In this document: one piece after another, positions 54,501 through 64,000 of the stretch
How the letters are laid out: each line of letters opens with the position of its first letter
How positions within the stretch are numbered: the first letter of the stretch is position 1
NCBI GenBank assembly: GCA_965263045.1
Contig: CBDHGK010000025.1
Coordinates: 14,368 to 78,367 of the forward strand
Direction: 5' to 3'
DNA length: 64,000 nt
Origin: Terriglobia bacterium
GTDB lineage: Bacteria > Acidobacteriota > Terriglobia > 20CM-2-55-15
The notes under the pieces: model-generated
The model's database searches: none
What the model was told of the DNA's origin: nothing
What the model saw: only the letters and a program-made list of their open reading frames with translations
Program-made: the position numbers and the translations under genes

Positions 54501-57254
54501 TCAGGCAGCCGTCCCGTTGCCCGCCATCGTCGTGTACATCTCAAACAGCTTTTCAAGACGCTCCGTATCGTTCCTGAAGCGGCGACCGATGTAGATGCGC
54601 TCCAACACCTCGTCGTTCCGGTCATGGGCGCCGCGGAGATTGTCCGGCATCCCCTCGGCGTTGTAGAGATCGGCGATCGTCGCGGGGAAATGCGCCTCGC
54701 GCGCCAGCAAGATATCTTCGGCACAGCGGGTCAGGTCGGCGTTGTTCTTTTCGGTTAGCGCCGGCACGGGAAACGTGTTCCAGCCAAGGGTGTTGGAGTA
54801 GGAAAACCTCATTTCCAAACGAACACAAACCGTTCCGATCCAGACCCAATGAAGCCGCGACGCGATCAGCGCCATGTTCCAGAGCGGAGCGTCGTAGAGT
54901 GCGAAGGCCCTATCTTGAACTATGCTTTCCGGACCCAACAGACCGACAGGTAAGTAAGGCCTATTTTCTGAACTGACTCGTGGCACAATCACGACGTGGC
55001 GCTGGGCAATAAGCTGATCCCGGAACCTGTAGGGCGTTTCAGCCAGTTTTTGGGCGGCTTTGTCTTTTTTTGCTTTTCTGCGAGCGGAGGCGACCGTTGC
55101 AGTTCTCGAAGCGATTACCGGTATCCGTTGCGCTCTCATGGCATCTTCTTGTTTTATCCAAAAGCACGCCCGAGGTGCGGACGAAATAAATTCCTTTGAT
55201 CCGAAAAATGGTCGAATAAACGGTGCTATCGACGGGTCGTCATCAATCATCCGTCTCGCTTCATCTGACGAGAAGACCAAAGCAGTGCCATAGTATGGAT
55301 GGTTGCCGAATTGCATTGTTCCACGATCCGACAGCGGGGTTGCGCGGGGCTGAACCTCCACATTCGGTCCGGCAATCAAATACGCGTTGATATTGTCGAC
55401 ATCCTTGGCGATCTCTTCCCCTGTCTTATGAGTTGAAAAAAGGCGTCTTATCCTGCTAACTCCGCTGGAGATCCCGACAATCACCACTGTCACCCCCGCG
55501 TTGTGGCTGGCGAGATTCGCCCATTTGAAGCTGGTATGAGCAAACGCTATCTGGTGACCGGTCGAAAAAATCAGAGGCCACAAAATATAGACTTGTTGTC
55601 CCTGACAGATTGAATTCGTGGAAACGAAGGCGGAGACGGTCTTGGTATGAGTGCCGTAATCGGCGGCCTTCAAGAACCACCCAGCAACGTAGTCTAGAGA
55701 TTTCCAATTCTTCGCACGCACTTCGAAGAGCGCACCAAGATCGGATTTCTGTTCTGCCGATTGCCACTTACTCCCCAAATAGGGTGGATTTCCACAGATG
55801 TACGTCTCGCCACCTTCGTTTTCGAAATCGATCTCGGCCTGATCGATCGGCGTGTGAAAGAGGTCATCGGCGTGGTGCTTTACTCCGGACCCTGTGGGTG
55901 GACAGATGCTCTGCCAGTCAATCCGCAGGGCGTTGCCGCACGTGATCCAGTTCATGGCGTCGAGCGGCAAAAACTCGGCCAGCGCCTTTCTCTGCCCGCG
56001 ATAGAGCACGTCGCACTGATACTCGGCGATGATCAGAGCAAGACGTGCGATCTCGGCTGGGAAATCCCTCATCTCGATCCCGCGAAAGTTGGTCAGTGGG
56101 ATGTCGGACCGGCGCTCACTCTCTTGTCGGCGATTGTTGATCTCCGCCTCGATCGCACGCATTTCCTTGTAGGCGATCACCAGGAAATTACCTGACCCGC
56201 AAGCTGGATCGAAGACCCTGATCTTTGCCATGCGGTTGCGCAGGTTCAGCAGCTTCCGGCTGCTATCTCCGGTCTCTTCGAGCTTGTCCCGCAGATCATC
56301 AAGGAAAAGCGGGTTGAGGACCTTCAAAATGTTCGGCACGCTCGTGTAGTGCATCCCCAAGGCGCCGCGTTCTTCATCATCAGCGACTGCCTGGATCATC
56401 GAGCCGAAGATGTCGGGGTTGATCTTCTTCCAGTCAAGATTGCCCATGTGGAGCAGGTAGGACCGCGCGATCCTGCTGAAATGCGGCACGTCCGTCGAGT
56501 CCAGGAAGAGCCCGCCATTCACGTAGGGGAACACCTCGGCCCAACGGGGGATGTTTGCCGCCTCGCGGTTCTCTGCGTCGGTGTTCATGGCCCGGAAGTT
56601 CTCGCGGATTACCTCGGCGGTGTTCGAGCCGTCCCCGGAACTCATTTGCTCGATCGTCCGAGTGAACAGGCTGTTGCCGGTGAAGATATCCGTATCCTCG
56701 GCGAAGAAGCAGAAGATGAGGCGCGCCATGAAATGGTTCATCTCGTGCCGGCGATCCTGGGCTTCCCAATCGGGGTTGTCCTTTAGCAACTCGACATAGA
56801 GCCGGTTCAGCCGGCCGGTTGCCTTGATGTCGAAGGCACTCTCGCGGATTTGCTTGACGGTCGTGATTCCGGCAAGTGGCAGGAAAAATCCGAAATGATC
56901 GGGAAAATTGACATAGTCGCAGACGACGACCTCACCGCTGTTCATATCTTCGGCCTGAAAGTCCTTCCCATCGGTGGCGAGCACGAATTTCGCCTTGGAG
57001 CGGGTTGTCGCCGGACTGGCTTTCAGCGCGGTCAGCGTGGTCGCCGCTTCGCCTTCTGGGGATACTTTGATGTGAACGTTGCTGCGCTGCAGAACGCCGC
57101 CAAGGTCGGAGTTATTGGTTGCTCCGGAGCGCAGGCGCTTGATAGTTGTCGCCTTATTCCCGAAGGCTTCAAGGAACGCGAAAGGGAAATCGGCCGGGTC
57201 GAAAGGCTTTCGCGCGAGATCCGAAATGGCTTCTTCAATCTCAACGGCATTCAT
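54501..57254 (-). CDS. YeeA/MmeI-like N6-adenine DNA methyltransferase
   Basis: FPYVNGGLF, PDIFGSM, GMHYTS, FDPACGSGNF (motif I), GNPPY (motif IV), TNSICQGQQV, RFSYSNTLGWNTFP. Confidence 0.93.
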   Translation of the reverse strand: MNAVEIEEAISDLARKPFDPADFPFAFLEAFGNKATTIKRLRSGATNNSDLGGVLQRSNVHIKVSPEGEAATTLTALKASPATTRSKAKFVLATDGKDFQAEDMNSGEVVVCDYVNFPDHFGFFLPLAGITTVKQIRESAFDIKATGRLNRLYVELLKDNPDWEAQDRRHEMNHFMARLIFCFFAEDTDIFTGNSLFTRTIEQMSSGDGSNTAEVIRENFRAMNTDAENREAANIPRWAEVFPYVNGGLFLDSTDVPHFSRIARSYLLHMGNLDWKKINPDIFGSMIQAVADDEERGALGMHYTSVPNILKVLNPLFLDDLRDKLEETGDSSRKLLNLRNRMAKIRVFDPACGSGNFLVIAYKEMRAIEAEINNRRQESERRSDIPLTNFRGIEMRDFPAEIARLALIIAEYQCDVLYRGQRKALAEFLPLDAMNWITCGNALRIDWQSICPPTGSGVKHHADDLFHTPIDQAEIDFENEGGETYICGNPPYLGSKWQSAEQKSDLGALFEVRAKNWKSLDYVAGWFLKAADYGTHTKTVSAFVSTNSICQGQQVYILWPLIFSTGHQIAFAHTSFKWANLASHNAGVTVVIVGISSGVSRIRRLFSTHKTGEEIAKDVDNINAYLIAGPNVEVQPRATPLSDRGTMQFGNHPYYGTALVFSSDEARRMIDDDPSIAPFIRPFFGSKEFISSAPRACFWIKQEDAMRAQRIPVIASRTATVASARRKAKKDKAAQKLAETPYRFRDQLIAQRHVVIVPRVSSENRPYLPVGLLGPESIVQDRAFALYDAPLWNMALIASRLHWVWIGTVCVRLEMRFSYSNTLGWNTFPVPALTEKNNADLTRCAEDILLAREAHFPATIADLYNAEGMPDNLRGAHDRNDEVLERIYIGRRFRNDTERLEKLFEMYTTMAGNGTAA

Positions 57255-57454
57255 CGGTCATCCTATAGCGCGGCTTCGTCGGCCGTGAGCTTCAACTTCC
57301 GGATAGGCGCCCTCGCGCCGCGGTCCGGAGGTCACATCGCGGTAATGAGGCCGCGTCGGGACTCGAACAGCCCCGGGTTGAGGTTCGCTACCAATGGTGT
57401 TGCAACACAAAGTCAGTCCTCGAGGTGGTTGCGCCGTTGGCGGGGGCGACGCGG

Positions 57455-57503
57455 GTTCCACCGCTGGATCTCTTCGTTGAGCCGTTCGAGCGTGTTGGTC
57501 GAG
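57455..57503 (-). pseudogene. IS256-family transposase micro-fragment
   Basis: STNTLERLNEEIQR matches the IS256 catalytic-E helix. Confidence 0.5.
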
Positions 57504-57579
57504 TCCGCCCGGCTCTGCATCCGTTCCGGAACGTGGTGCCGGCTGCCAGGCACCGCGTTGGCCCATTCTAAAGCCGCCC

Positions 57580-57837
57580 CTAAATGACCGGTCTTCCCTG
57601 CTCCCGCTCGTAGGCCTCCACGGCCAACCTCAGGAACTGCACGTTCTTCAGCCGTGCGTCGAGAGCGAGCTGCTTGAACCGGTGTCGGAATTCGGGCGGG
57701 ACCTTGAAGTTCAGGTCGACCAGCGTCTCGGTGGCCGTCTGCCCGCGCTGTAGCATGCCCGGCGCCGTTGGCGCACGCACCGTTTCCTTCGTCGCAAGAA
57801 CGGTGCTGGCGTCGATCGCGGATGGTTTCTTAGGCAT
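57580..57837 (-). CDS. Small ParG-like (RHH) partition partner
   Basis: Unstructured N-terminus then LNFKVPPEFRHRFKQLA; follows parA with GGAGG RBS. Confidence 0.75.
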   Translation of the reverse strand: MPKKPSAIDASTVLATKETVRAPTAPGMLQRGQTATETLVDLNFKVPPEFRHRFKQLALDARLKNVQFLRLAVEAYEREQGRPVI

Positions 57838-57843
57838 GGATTT

Positions 57844-58503
57844 TCACCTCCTTACGGGTTTCGCTAATTCGCTAACTTGAGCTAATTCGCTAATTCGGTT
57901 TCGTAACAGGTCCCAAAGCTGACTCACTTCCGCCGCGGCACGTCCGGAAGACGCAATCTCAAGAGCCGTGCGGCCGTCCGTCATCGAAGCCGCGTAGTCG
58001 ACGCGGTCATGGATGACGGTCTCGAAGATCTGGCCGTGTCTTGATAGCGCGGTCATGGTCTGCGCGGTGATGCGGGCGTTGCCCTTCGCCTGGGTCAGCA
58101 CGAAGACAAACGGCGTGTCGGATTCCCGCACGAGTTCCAGAGTCGCGCCGAGCGACCACAGATCGTTCGGGCTGGGCCGGGTCGGGATCAGGACCAGGTC
58201 GGCCACGCCGATGACCTGCTTGTTCTGTTTGGTGAGCGCCGGCGGCGTGTCGATGAAGCACCAAGCGAACCCCATTTCCCGCAAGGCGGCCAGTTTTTTC
58301 GGCAACTCCGGAAGGGTGACGGGCGCGAGCGCCGGCATTTCGGCTTCCCTCGTTCGCCACCATGTGGCCAGCGTCTGCTGCGGGTCGGTGTCGACCAGGA
58401 CGGCGGGGCCGTGACCGGCCTTTTCAGAGGCGACAGCCAGATGTGCCGCCATCGTTGTCTTTCCACTGCCGCCCTTTTGCGAGGTGATGACGACCGTTTT
58501 CAT
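57844..58503 (-). CDS. parA: ParA-family (type Ib) ATPase
   Basis: QKGGSGKTT, DTDPQ, FIDTPP, ADLVLIP. Confidence 0.95.
   Translation of the reverse strand: MKTVVITSQKGGSGKTTMAAHLAVASEKAGHGPAVLVDTDPQQTLATWWRTREAEMPALAPVTLPELPKKLAALREMGFAWCFIDTPPALTKQNKQVIGVADLVLIPTRPSPNDLWSLGATLELVRESDTPFVFVLTQAKGNARITAQTMTALSRHGQIFETVIHDRVDYAASMTDGRTALEIASSGRAAAEVSQLWDLLRNRISELAQVSELAKPVRR
57860..57897. repeat. Tandem GCTAATTC-like repeats, candidate parS
   Basis: TTCGCTAATTCGCTAACTTGAGCTAATTCGCTAATTCG; related motifs at 58540-58580. Confidence 0.55.
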
Positions 58504-58722
58504 GTAGAAGCCCTTGTATCCTCAGTTCGAACGATTTTATCTAATTCGCTCTTTCGCGAATTATAGCGAAAACGCTAAAACATGTGCGAGCGGAAAAGAG
58601 AAAACGATCCTGGCGATCGGCGAACGATTGTTTTGTTTCAGACACAACCTAAACAAACGCGTATCGCTTTGTGTTTCTGATCTGGACCTGATCTGGAATG
58701 AAGAGCGAGTAAAGGGAAAGCG

Positions 58723-59703
58723 ATGGAACGTAGACAAGGCAAACTCCTTCCCATCGGCGAAGCCTTCGGCGAACTGGACGGGCTGATGCAGGCGCTCCGC
58801 GAAGCGTCGCCCCAGGCGCGGCGCCACTACGGCCTCGTCGATCAGGTCGACGCCCTGGTCCGGGCCAGCGAAACCGACCCCGAACCGGGCTTCATGGCGC
58901 GGTGGCTGATGTTGTGTTCGTTGCCGCGGTCCAACCCCGGCAGCCGGGAGAAGTACATCCGGCGGTACGGGCCATACACGCTCTACATGACGGCCGGGGA
59001 TCCACACAGGCTCCCGTTCGGGAACATCCCCCGGCTGCTGGCCGCGTGGGTGTGCACCGAAGCGGTCCGGACGCAAAGCCGGAATCTGGTCCTCGGGCAC
59101 TCGCTCTCTGATTTCATGCGGAAACTGGATATCTATTCCAGCAGTGGTGACACCTACGCCCGGCTACAGAATCAGATGAAGCGGTTCTTCAACGCGCATA
59201 TCCGGGTGGTCTACCAAGCCGAGGGACACGAGGCGAGCGTCAGCTCGCCGATTGCCAGCCAGACAGACCTGTGGTGGAACGCGCGGCACCCGGACGCGCC
59301 GATGTTGTGGCAAAGCAAGATCGAGTTGGGCGAGAAGTTCTTCGAGGAGATCATGAAGCATCCCGTGCCGCTCGATCTGAACACGCTGAAGGCGCTGAAG
59401 CGGTCATCCCTCGGGCTCGACCTGTACGTGTGGCTGGTCTACCGAACATTCAAACTCGATGCCCCACTGCGGCTGTCCTGGCCGATGCTCTACCGGCAGT
59501 TCGGGGTCGATCCGGACCGTGCCGGTGACAACGTGACGGTTCAGAAATTCCGCAAGAACTGCCTCCGGGAGTTGAAGAAGATCCAGTCGGCCTGGCCGGG
59601 CCTGAAATACCAGATCGCGCGCGGCAGCCGAGGGGAAAAGACCGGCGCGTTGGTTCTGCTGCCGTCCACGCCACAGATTCCGCCCGTCAAACTCATCCAG
59701 TAG
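58723..59703 (+). CDS. repA: Plasmid replication initiator RepA (RepA_C-like), copy 2
   Basis: Clear paralogue of 38813..39727 (LPFGNIPRLLAAWVCTEAVRTQSR, IELGEKFF, LDLYVWLVYRTF); divergent from parA. Confidence 0.87.
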   Translation: MERRQGKLLPIGEAFGELDGLMQALREASPQARRHYGLVDQVDALVRASETDPEPGFMARWLMLCSLPRSNPGSREKYIRRYGPYTLYMTAGDPHRLPFGNIPRLLAAWVCTEAVRTQSRNLVLGHSLSDFMRKLDIYSSSGDTYARLQNQMKRFFNAHIRVVYQAEGHEASVSSPIASQTDLWWNARHPDAPMLWQSKIELGEKFFEEIMKHPVPLDLNTLKALKRSSLGLDLYVWLVYRTFKLDAPLRLSWPMLYRQFGVDPDRAGDNVTVQKFRKNCLRELKKIQSAWPGLKYQIARGSRGEKTGALVLLPSTPQIPPVKLIQ

Positions 59704-59718
59704 CGCATCGTTGGGACC

Positions 59719-59885
59719 TTCGACGTTTCAGGACACATAACACAGCCCCTTAGCCGTTTCCACAGGCGAGGCGTGATTCCGGGGAGTTTTCCACGACGTT
59801 ACGGGTCACTTAAAACGGCAGCATCTTCGACGTTACGGGTCACATATCAAGTATTAAGAGGCAAGTAATAAGAGTGCATGTATTA
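59719..59885. other. Candidate oriV2 iterons
   Basis: CGACGTTACGGGTCAC at 59794 and 59828, variant at 59721; TTTCCACA at ~59757; AT-rich tract follows. Confidence 0.7.
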
Positions 59886-59932
59886 GGAGCGGCGGGGGGC
59901 TGTGAAAATCTTTAGTCGGTGGCCCTGGGAAC

Positions 59933-60874
59933 TGGACTTCCCCGGGTTTAGTGGACACCGCAGATAGGGCGACAATGCCCGATGGAGGTGTCCCATGACG
60001 AGAAAAAGACGAGCGTTCACGCCGGAGTACAAGGCTGAGGTTGTTTGCCTGGTGCGTGACGGTGGAAAGGGTATCGCAGCAGTAGCCCGAGCTCTGGGAT
60101 TGACTGAATCAGCGGTGCGTAATTGGGTGTCACGAAGCGAGGCCGATGCGGGGCGCGGCGGCGGCAAGGTCTTGAGCACCGCCGAGCGCGAGGAAATATC
60201 GCAACTTCGTCGTGAGGATCGGCAACTGCGGATGGAGCGCGACATATTAAAAAAAGCAACGGCCTTCTTTGCCAGGGAATCGCAGTGAGATACCGATTCG
60301 TATGGGCAGAGAAGGCCGAATTTCCGGTGGTGTTGATCTGCCGGATGCTGGCGGTATCGACGTCGGGCTTCTACAGATGGACCAAACGCACCGAAAGCAC
60401 GCGTGCACGATCGGAGCGGGCGGTGACGCTCGACATCAAGGCGGCGCATCGTGCCTCTCGTGGAACCTATGGAAGCCCCCGGATACACCGTGAGCTGGCA
60501 GCGCAGGGCCACAAGGTGGGGCGCCATCGCGTGACGCGGCTGATGCGTGAGAATGGCCTGCGGGGCAAGCAACGACGGCGCTTTCGCACCACGACCCCGT
60601 CCAATCACCGCTGGCCGGTGGCGCCCAACACCCTCGACCGTCAGTTCGCAGTCACACGTCCCAATGTGGCTTGGGTCGGGGATATTACGTACGTGTGGTC
60701 CCTGGAGGGCTGGCTGTATCTGTGCGTCATTCTCGATCTATACTCGAGGCGTGTCGTGGGTTGGGCGATGAGTGCGCGTATTGACCAGGCGTTGACAGTG
60801 CGTGCCCTGAGCATGGCCCTTGAGGCGTGTGATCCAGGGCCCGGACTGATTCATCACTCCGACCGAGGCAGTCT
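59933..60874 (+). mobile_element. IS3-family element, truncated in orfB
   Basis: Left end TGGACTTCCCCGGGTTTAGTGGACA; orfA 59995..60288 with an A7G run; orfB from 60285 (WVGDITY, LDLYSRRVVGW) ends at HHSDRGS. Confidence 0.88.
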
Positions 60875-62323
60875 GCCCAGGTTCAAGGGGTCGTCGCAAC
60901 ACTACTCTCGGGGTAAGCGTAGGTAGGCGTCAAGGACTTCAGTAGGTGTCTTCCATCCGAGAGTCTTGCGGGGGCGACTGTTCAGAGCAGAGGCGACAGC
61001 CTCGAGGTCGTCGCGGGAGTGCCTCGACAGGTCGGTGCCCTTCGGGAAGTACTGGCGCAGCAAACCGTTGGTGTTCTCGTTCGTGCCGCGCTGCCACGGA
61101 CTATGGGGGTGGCAGAAGAAGATCCCCAGGCCGGTGTCGACGCGAAGTTGGGTGTGTTGCGCCATCTCGGCACCCTGGTCCCAGGTCAGTGTTCGGCGAA
61201 GCTGTTCTGGGAGCTTAGTGATCGATGACACGATGGCATCTCGGACAGCTTTGGCGCCGTGCCCGGCCAGAGCCGGACCGTTCTTGACCGGCGGCCCGCC
61301 GTGTCCGGCCATACGGGGCAGGTGTAGCAGGATCGTGAACCGGGTCGTGCGCTCGACCAGGGTTCCGATAGCGGAGCTGCCCAGCCCGAGGATCAAGTCT
61401 CCTTCCCAGTGCCCGGGTACCGCCCGATCTTCTGCTTCTGCCGGCCGCTCACGGATCATGATCTCGGGGCTGACGAACTTCTGGCCGCGGCCCCGGGTAC
61501 GCGCCCTTGGAACTCGAAGCGCCCGCCCCGTGCGCAGACACGCGACCAGTTCCCGCCGCAGTGCCCCCCGGCCTTGCACGTAGAGCGCCTGGTAGATGGC
61601 CTCGTGGGAGATCCGCATCGAATGATCCTCGGGGAAATCGACCCGGAGCCTGTGAGTAATCTGCTCCGGACTCCACGAACTCGCCCAGCGTCGCGTCTGC
61701 CGGTGCCCGTGCCGCCGACCGATCCAGCGCACATCTGGTCCAGGCACACTGATCCCGTCAGCGGCGGTGATGACGCCTGCGAGTCGGTCTTGCACATATT
61801 GGCGCAGTTTGTTGTTCGCGGCCAGCTTCGCGACTTTCGGACGACTGGCGCGCCGGTCGGCGTGCCACTGGGCCGTTGTGGCTCGATACTGCAGGTCGCC
61901 ACTGCGGGTCGCAGCGTTCCGACGCAGTTCCCGCGAAATCGTTGATGGACATCGGCCGATCCGACGCGCGATCTCACGAATCCCGAAGCCCTGAGCGTGT
62001 AAGATCGCGATCTCTTCTCGTTCGGCAAACGACAGATAGCGCCCCGAAAGCGAGGCCAAATTGCTTGACGGCATGCCGCCATTCTCGCGGAACCACCTCG
62101 TTCCGACCGCCGGCGACACGCCGGCCACCACCCCCGCTTCCTCACTCGACAACCCGCGGGCAATCGCCTCCCAGAATCGCTGCCGATGCTCACGCCGCCC
62201 CACCGGCGGACGACCCGGCGACGGCATCGGAAGACGTCCAGCTCGATCACTTCGTCGACGCTTGCTCGTTCCCATCGCAACTCCTCACTTTCGAGATGTT
62301 GCGACGACCGATTGAATTCACCC
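60875..62323 (-). mobile_element. IS30-family insertion sequence
   Basis: 27-bp imperfect IRs ending GGTCGTCGCAACA at 60875-60901 and 62297-62323. Confidence 0.9.
60902..62275 (-). CDS. IS30-family transposase
   Basis: PSTISRELRRN, PGHWEGDLI, TLTWDQGAEM, PWQRGTNENTNGLLRQYFPKG. Confidence 0.95.
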   Translation of the reverse strand: MGTSKRRRSDRAGRLPMPSPGRPPVGRREHRQRFWEAIARGLSSEEAGVVAGVSPAVGTRWFRENGGMPSSNLASLSGRYLSFAEREEIAILHAQGFGIREIARRIGRCPSTISRELRRNAATRSGDLQYRATTAQWHADRRASRPKVAKLAANNKLRQYVQDRLAGVITAADGISVPGPDVRWIGRRHGHRQTRRWASSWSPEQITHRLRVDFPEDHSMRISHEAIYQALYVQGRGALRRELVACLRTGRALRVPRARTRGRGQKFVSPEIMIRERPAEAEDRAVPGHWEGDLILGLGSSAIGTLVERTTRFTILLHLPRMAGHGGPPVKNGPALAGHGAKAVRDAIVSSITKLPEQLRRTLTWDQGAEMAQHTQLRVDTGLGIFFCHPHSPWQRGTNENTNGLLRQYFPKGTDLSRHSRDDLEAVASALNSRPRKTLGWKTPTEVLDAYLRLPRE

Positions 62324-63221
62324 TGCACGCCCCGATCTGAATGATGGATGCAGCCCCGGGTGTCGAGACGCGCTGCGATGGCCATCTGTAACGCCTCGAT
62401 GCAGAGCTGGCGGTCGATCCGTTTCGAGATCGCCCAACCGATGACCTTGCGAGAGTGGAGATCCAGGATGGCGGCCAGGAACACGAATCCGGTGCGTATC
62501 CGGATGTAAGTGATATCGGCTGCCCACGCTTGATTCAGACCGGTGACCGTGTGCCTCTTCAGCAGATTGGGGTAGATGCGGAACCGGTGATTGGAATCGG
62601 TCGTGTGGACGAAACTCCGCCAGGTGATCGGCTTCAACCCGTACCGCTTCATCACGCGCCGAAGCCGTTTCGTGTTGACGATCTCGCCCTGGCGTTCCAG
62701 TTCCCGACACACCCGGCGGTATCCGTAGCCGGGAAATTCGGCCTGGATCCGCTCGATGCGATCGCGCAGATCGGCGTCCTGTTGCGCTTTCAGTTTGGGA
62801 TCGACCTTCGGCCTGTAGTAATACGTGCTACGTGCCAGGCCCGTCATTTCGCACCCTTTCGATATCGATCCCAGTTTTTCCCGGTGATTACGGCAGTATC
62901 GACGTTTCGATTCCGCTTCATCCAGCTCTGCAGTGTTTTTTGATGATCGATCTGCATCACCAGATCCCCAACCTTCGCCTTCAGGCGTTCATTCTCGGCC
63001 TCCAACGCCCGTTCCCGGATCGAAGGCCTATCCATCAGTTGATTCGCCTCGTACTGCGTCCGCCAACGCTGAATCACGCTGGGCGAGATCTGGTACTGCC
63101 GCGCTGCCGCGCTCAGCGTCATCTGGCCTATTTCAATCTGCTCGACCAAGCGTCGCTTGAATTCCACTTCAAACTTCCGTCGGATCTTTCCCATCGGTGT
63201 CGGACTCCCTGGCCCACTGCT
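62324..63221 (-). mobile_element. Second IS3-family element, truncated in orfB
   Basis: orfA 63194..62844 (MGKIRRKFEVEFKRRLVEQ); orfB from 62847 (GYGYRR, WAADITYI, LDLHSRKVIGW) ends at HHSDRGVQ. Confidence 0.88.
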
Positions 63222-63241
63222 GAAAAATCGGCGCGCGTCAC

Positions 63242-63306
63242 GCGCTGTGGGAACCGTGGGAAAGCTCCGCACAATACGCTCCGCTTTCCCACCGTTCCCA
63301 CAGCGC
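63242..63306. repeat. 24-bp-arm inverted repeat (stem-loop)
   Basis: GCGCTGTGGGAACCGTGGGAAAGC ... GCTTTCCCACCGTTCCCACAGCGC, one mismatch. Confidence 0.85.
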
Positions 63307-63683
63307 CGGCGGGGGGATAATATTCCCCCTTCCAGCAGCAGGACCGGCTAAGCCGATCACCTATTCTCTAATTCTTGGGAAAAATGTCCAATGAAGGGGC
63401 GCAGTCGGCTATGTCGAACAGCGTGACGTTGGCAGTGGGCGAGTAGGACCGTGCGTGCGAGAGGAACGGTGTACTGACATAAGGCGTTGCGAAAGTCCTA
63501 TTCGGAATCTGGGGCACGCAGAGGTCGGAGCTGTGCGCGCGCGAGCCCAAGAAGCGCGTCGGCATTCGCAGATCTCCAGAGAATTGCGAAGGGTAATCGC
63601 AGGATATGGAAACAAGGGCTTATCGTTCGCATAATATATCTGCGAAATGTACGTCTTTTGCAATAAGATTTGCAGCGCTATGG

Positions 63684-64000
63684 ATCCCGTCGAACCTGTA
63701 TTACCGATGGAGCAAGGAGTTTCTCGAGGCCGGAAAGAAGCGCCTGGCCGGGGGCGGCGCCGCCCAACACTACGACGCCGCCCTGGAGCAGGAAGCCCAA
63801 CGCATCGCGGCCCAGTTGATCGCCCGCGAAGCCGATCTCTCCGGCCCCGCCCCCGGCGCCGCCCCCGAGACGCGGACCGTGACCGTGGAGGTGGATTCGC
63901 TAGAACTGACGCGCCCGCGTTCGGTGGGCGTGGAGCAGGCCGGCCTGTGGGCGATGGACCGGTTGGGGCTGCGGGAACTGTTCCAACGTCTGGGCATCAA
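63684..64000 (+). mobile_element. Fused transposase fragments: IS3 orfA piece then IS1634-like piece
   Basis: IPSNLYYRWSKEFLEAGKKRLAG followed in frame by ALEQEAQRIAAQLIAR...VDSLELTRPRSVGVEQAGLWAMDRLGL, running off the window. Confidence 0.7.

Noticed and set aside
57345-57372. GTTCGAGTCC T-loop-like sequence on the minus strand (possible tRNA or att fragment)
   Set aside because: The flanks do not form a T-stem and there is no cloverleaf or CCA end.
61456-62847. 463-aa apparent transposase ORF
   Set aside because: Chimera: IS3 orfB up to HHSDRGVQ, then read-through into an off-frame of IS30.
63368-63663. Short minus-strand ORFs near the right end
   Set aside because: No recognisable motif; they lie among IS debris.

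Overview
GC-rich, entirely accessory bacterial DNA that reads as part of a conjugative, probably multi-replicon plasmid or integrated element. No rRNA, tRNA or CRISPR array was seen. Left to right: an IS630 end interrupting a small gene; an AbiE-type toxin-antitoxin pair; an IS3-family element; a ~1900-aa repeat adhesin/autotransporter; a conserved-looking gene pair plus alpA; MbeB-like genes; an ankyrin-repeat/ArdC fusion; a complete VirB/VirD4-type transfer region (18.1-38.7 kb); repA1 with iterons; a five-gene double-GTPase/EAD1/caspase conflict operon; a yeeABC-like methyltransferase-helicase-nuclease module with dinJ-yafQ embedded; parA and repA2 with different iterons; and a nest of IS3/IS30/IS1634 pieces. 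The transfer region has no recognisable HUH relaxase. It contains a Sel1-repeat gene, three mosaic paralogous secreted genes, a repeat-rich candidate oriT, and a clean Tn3-family insertion in virB9. The best candidates for undescribed biology are (i) this atypical conjugation system with its possible PD-(D/E)XK relaxase, oriT and ankyrin-ArdC cargo, and (ii) the GTPase-caspase operon. All family calls come from motif recognition by eye; no database searches were run.
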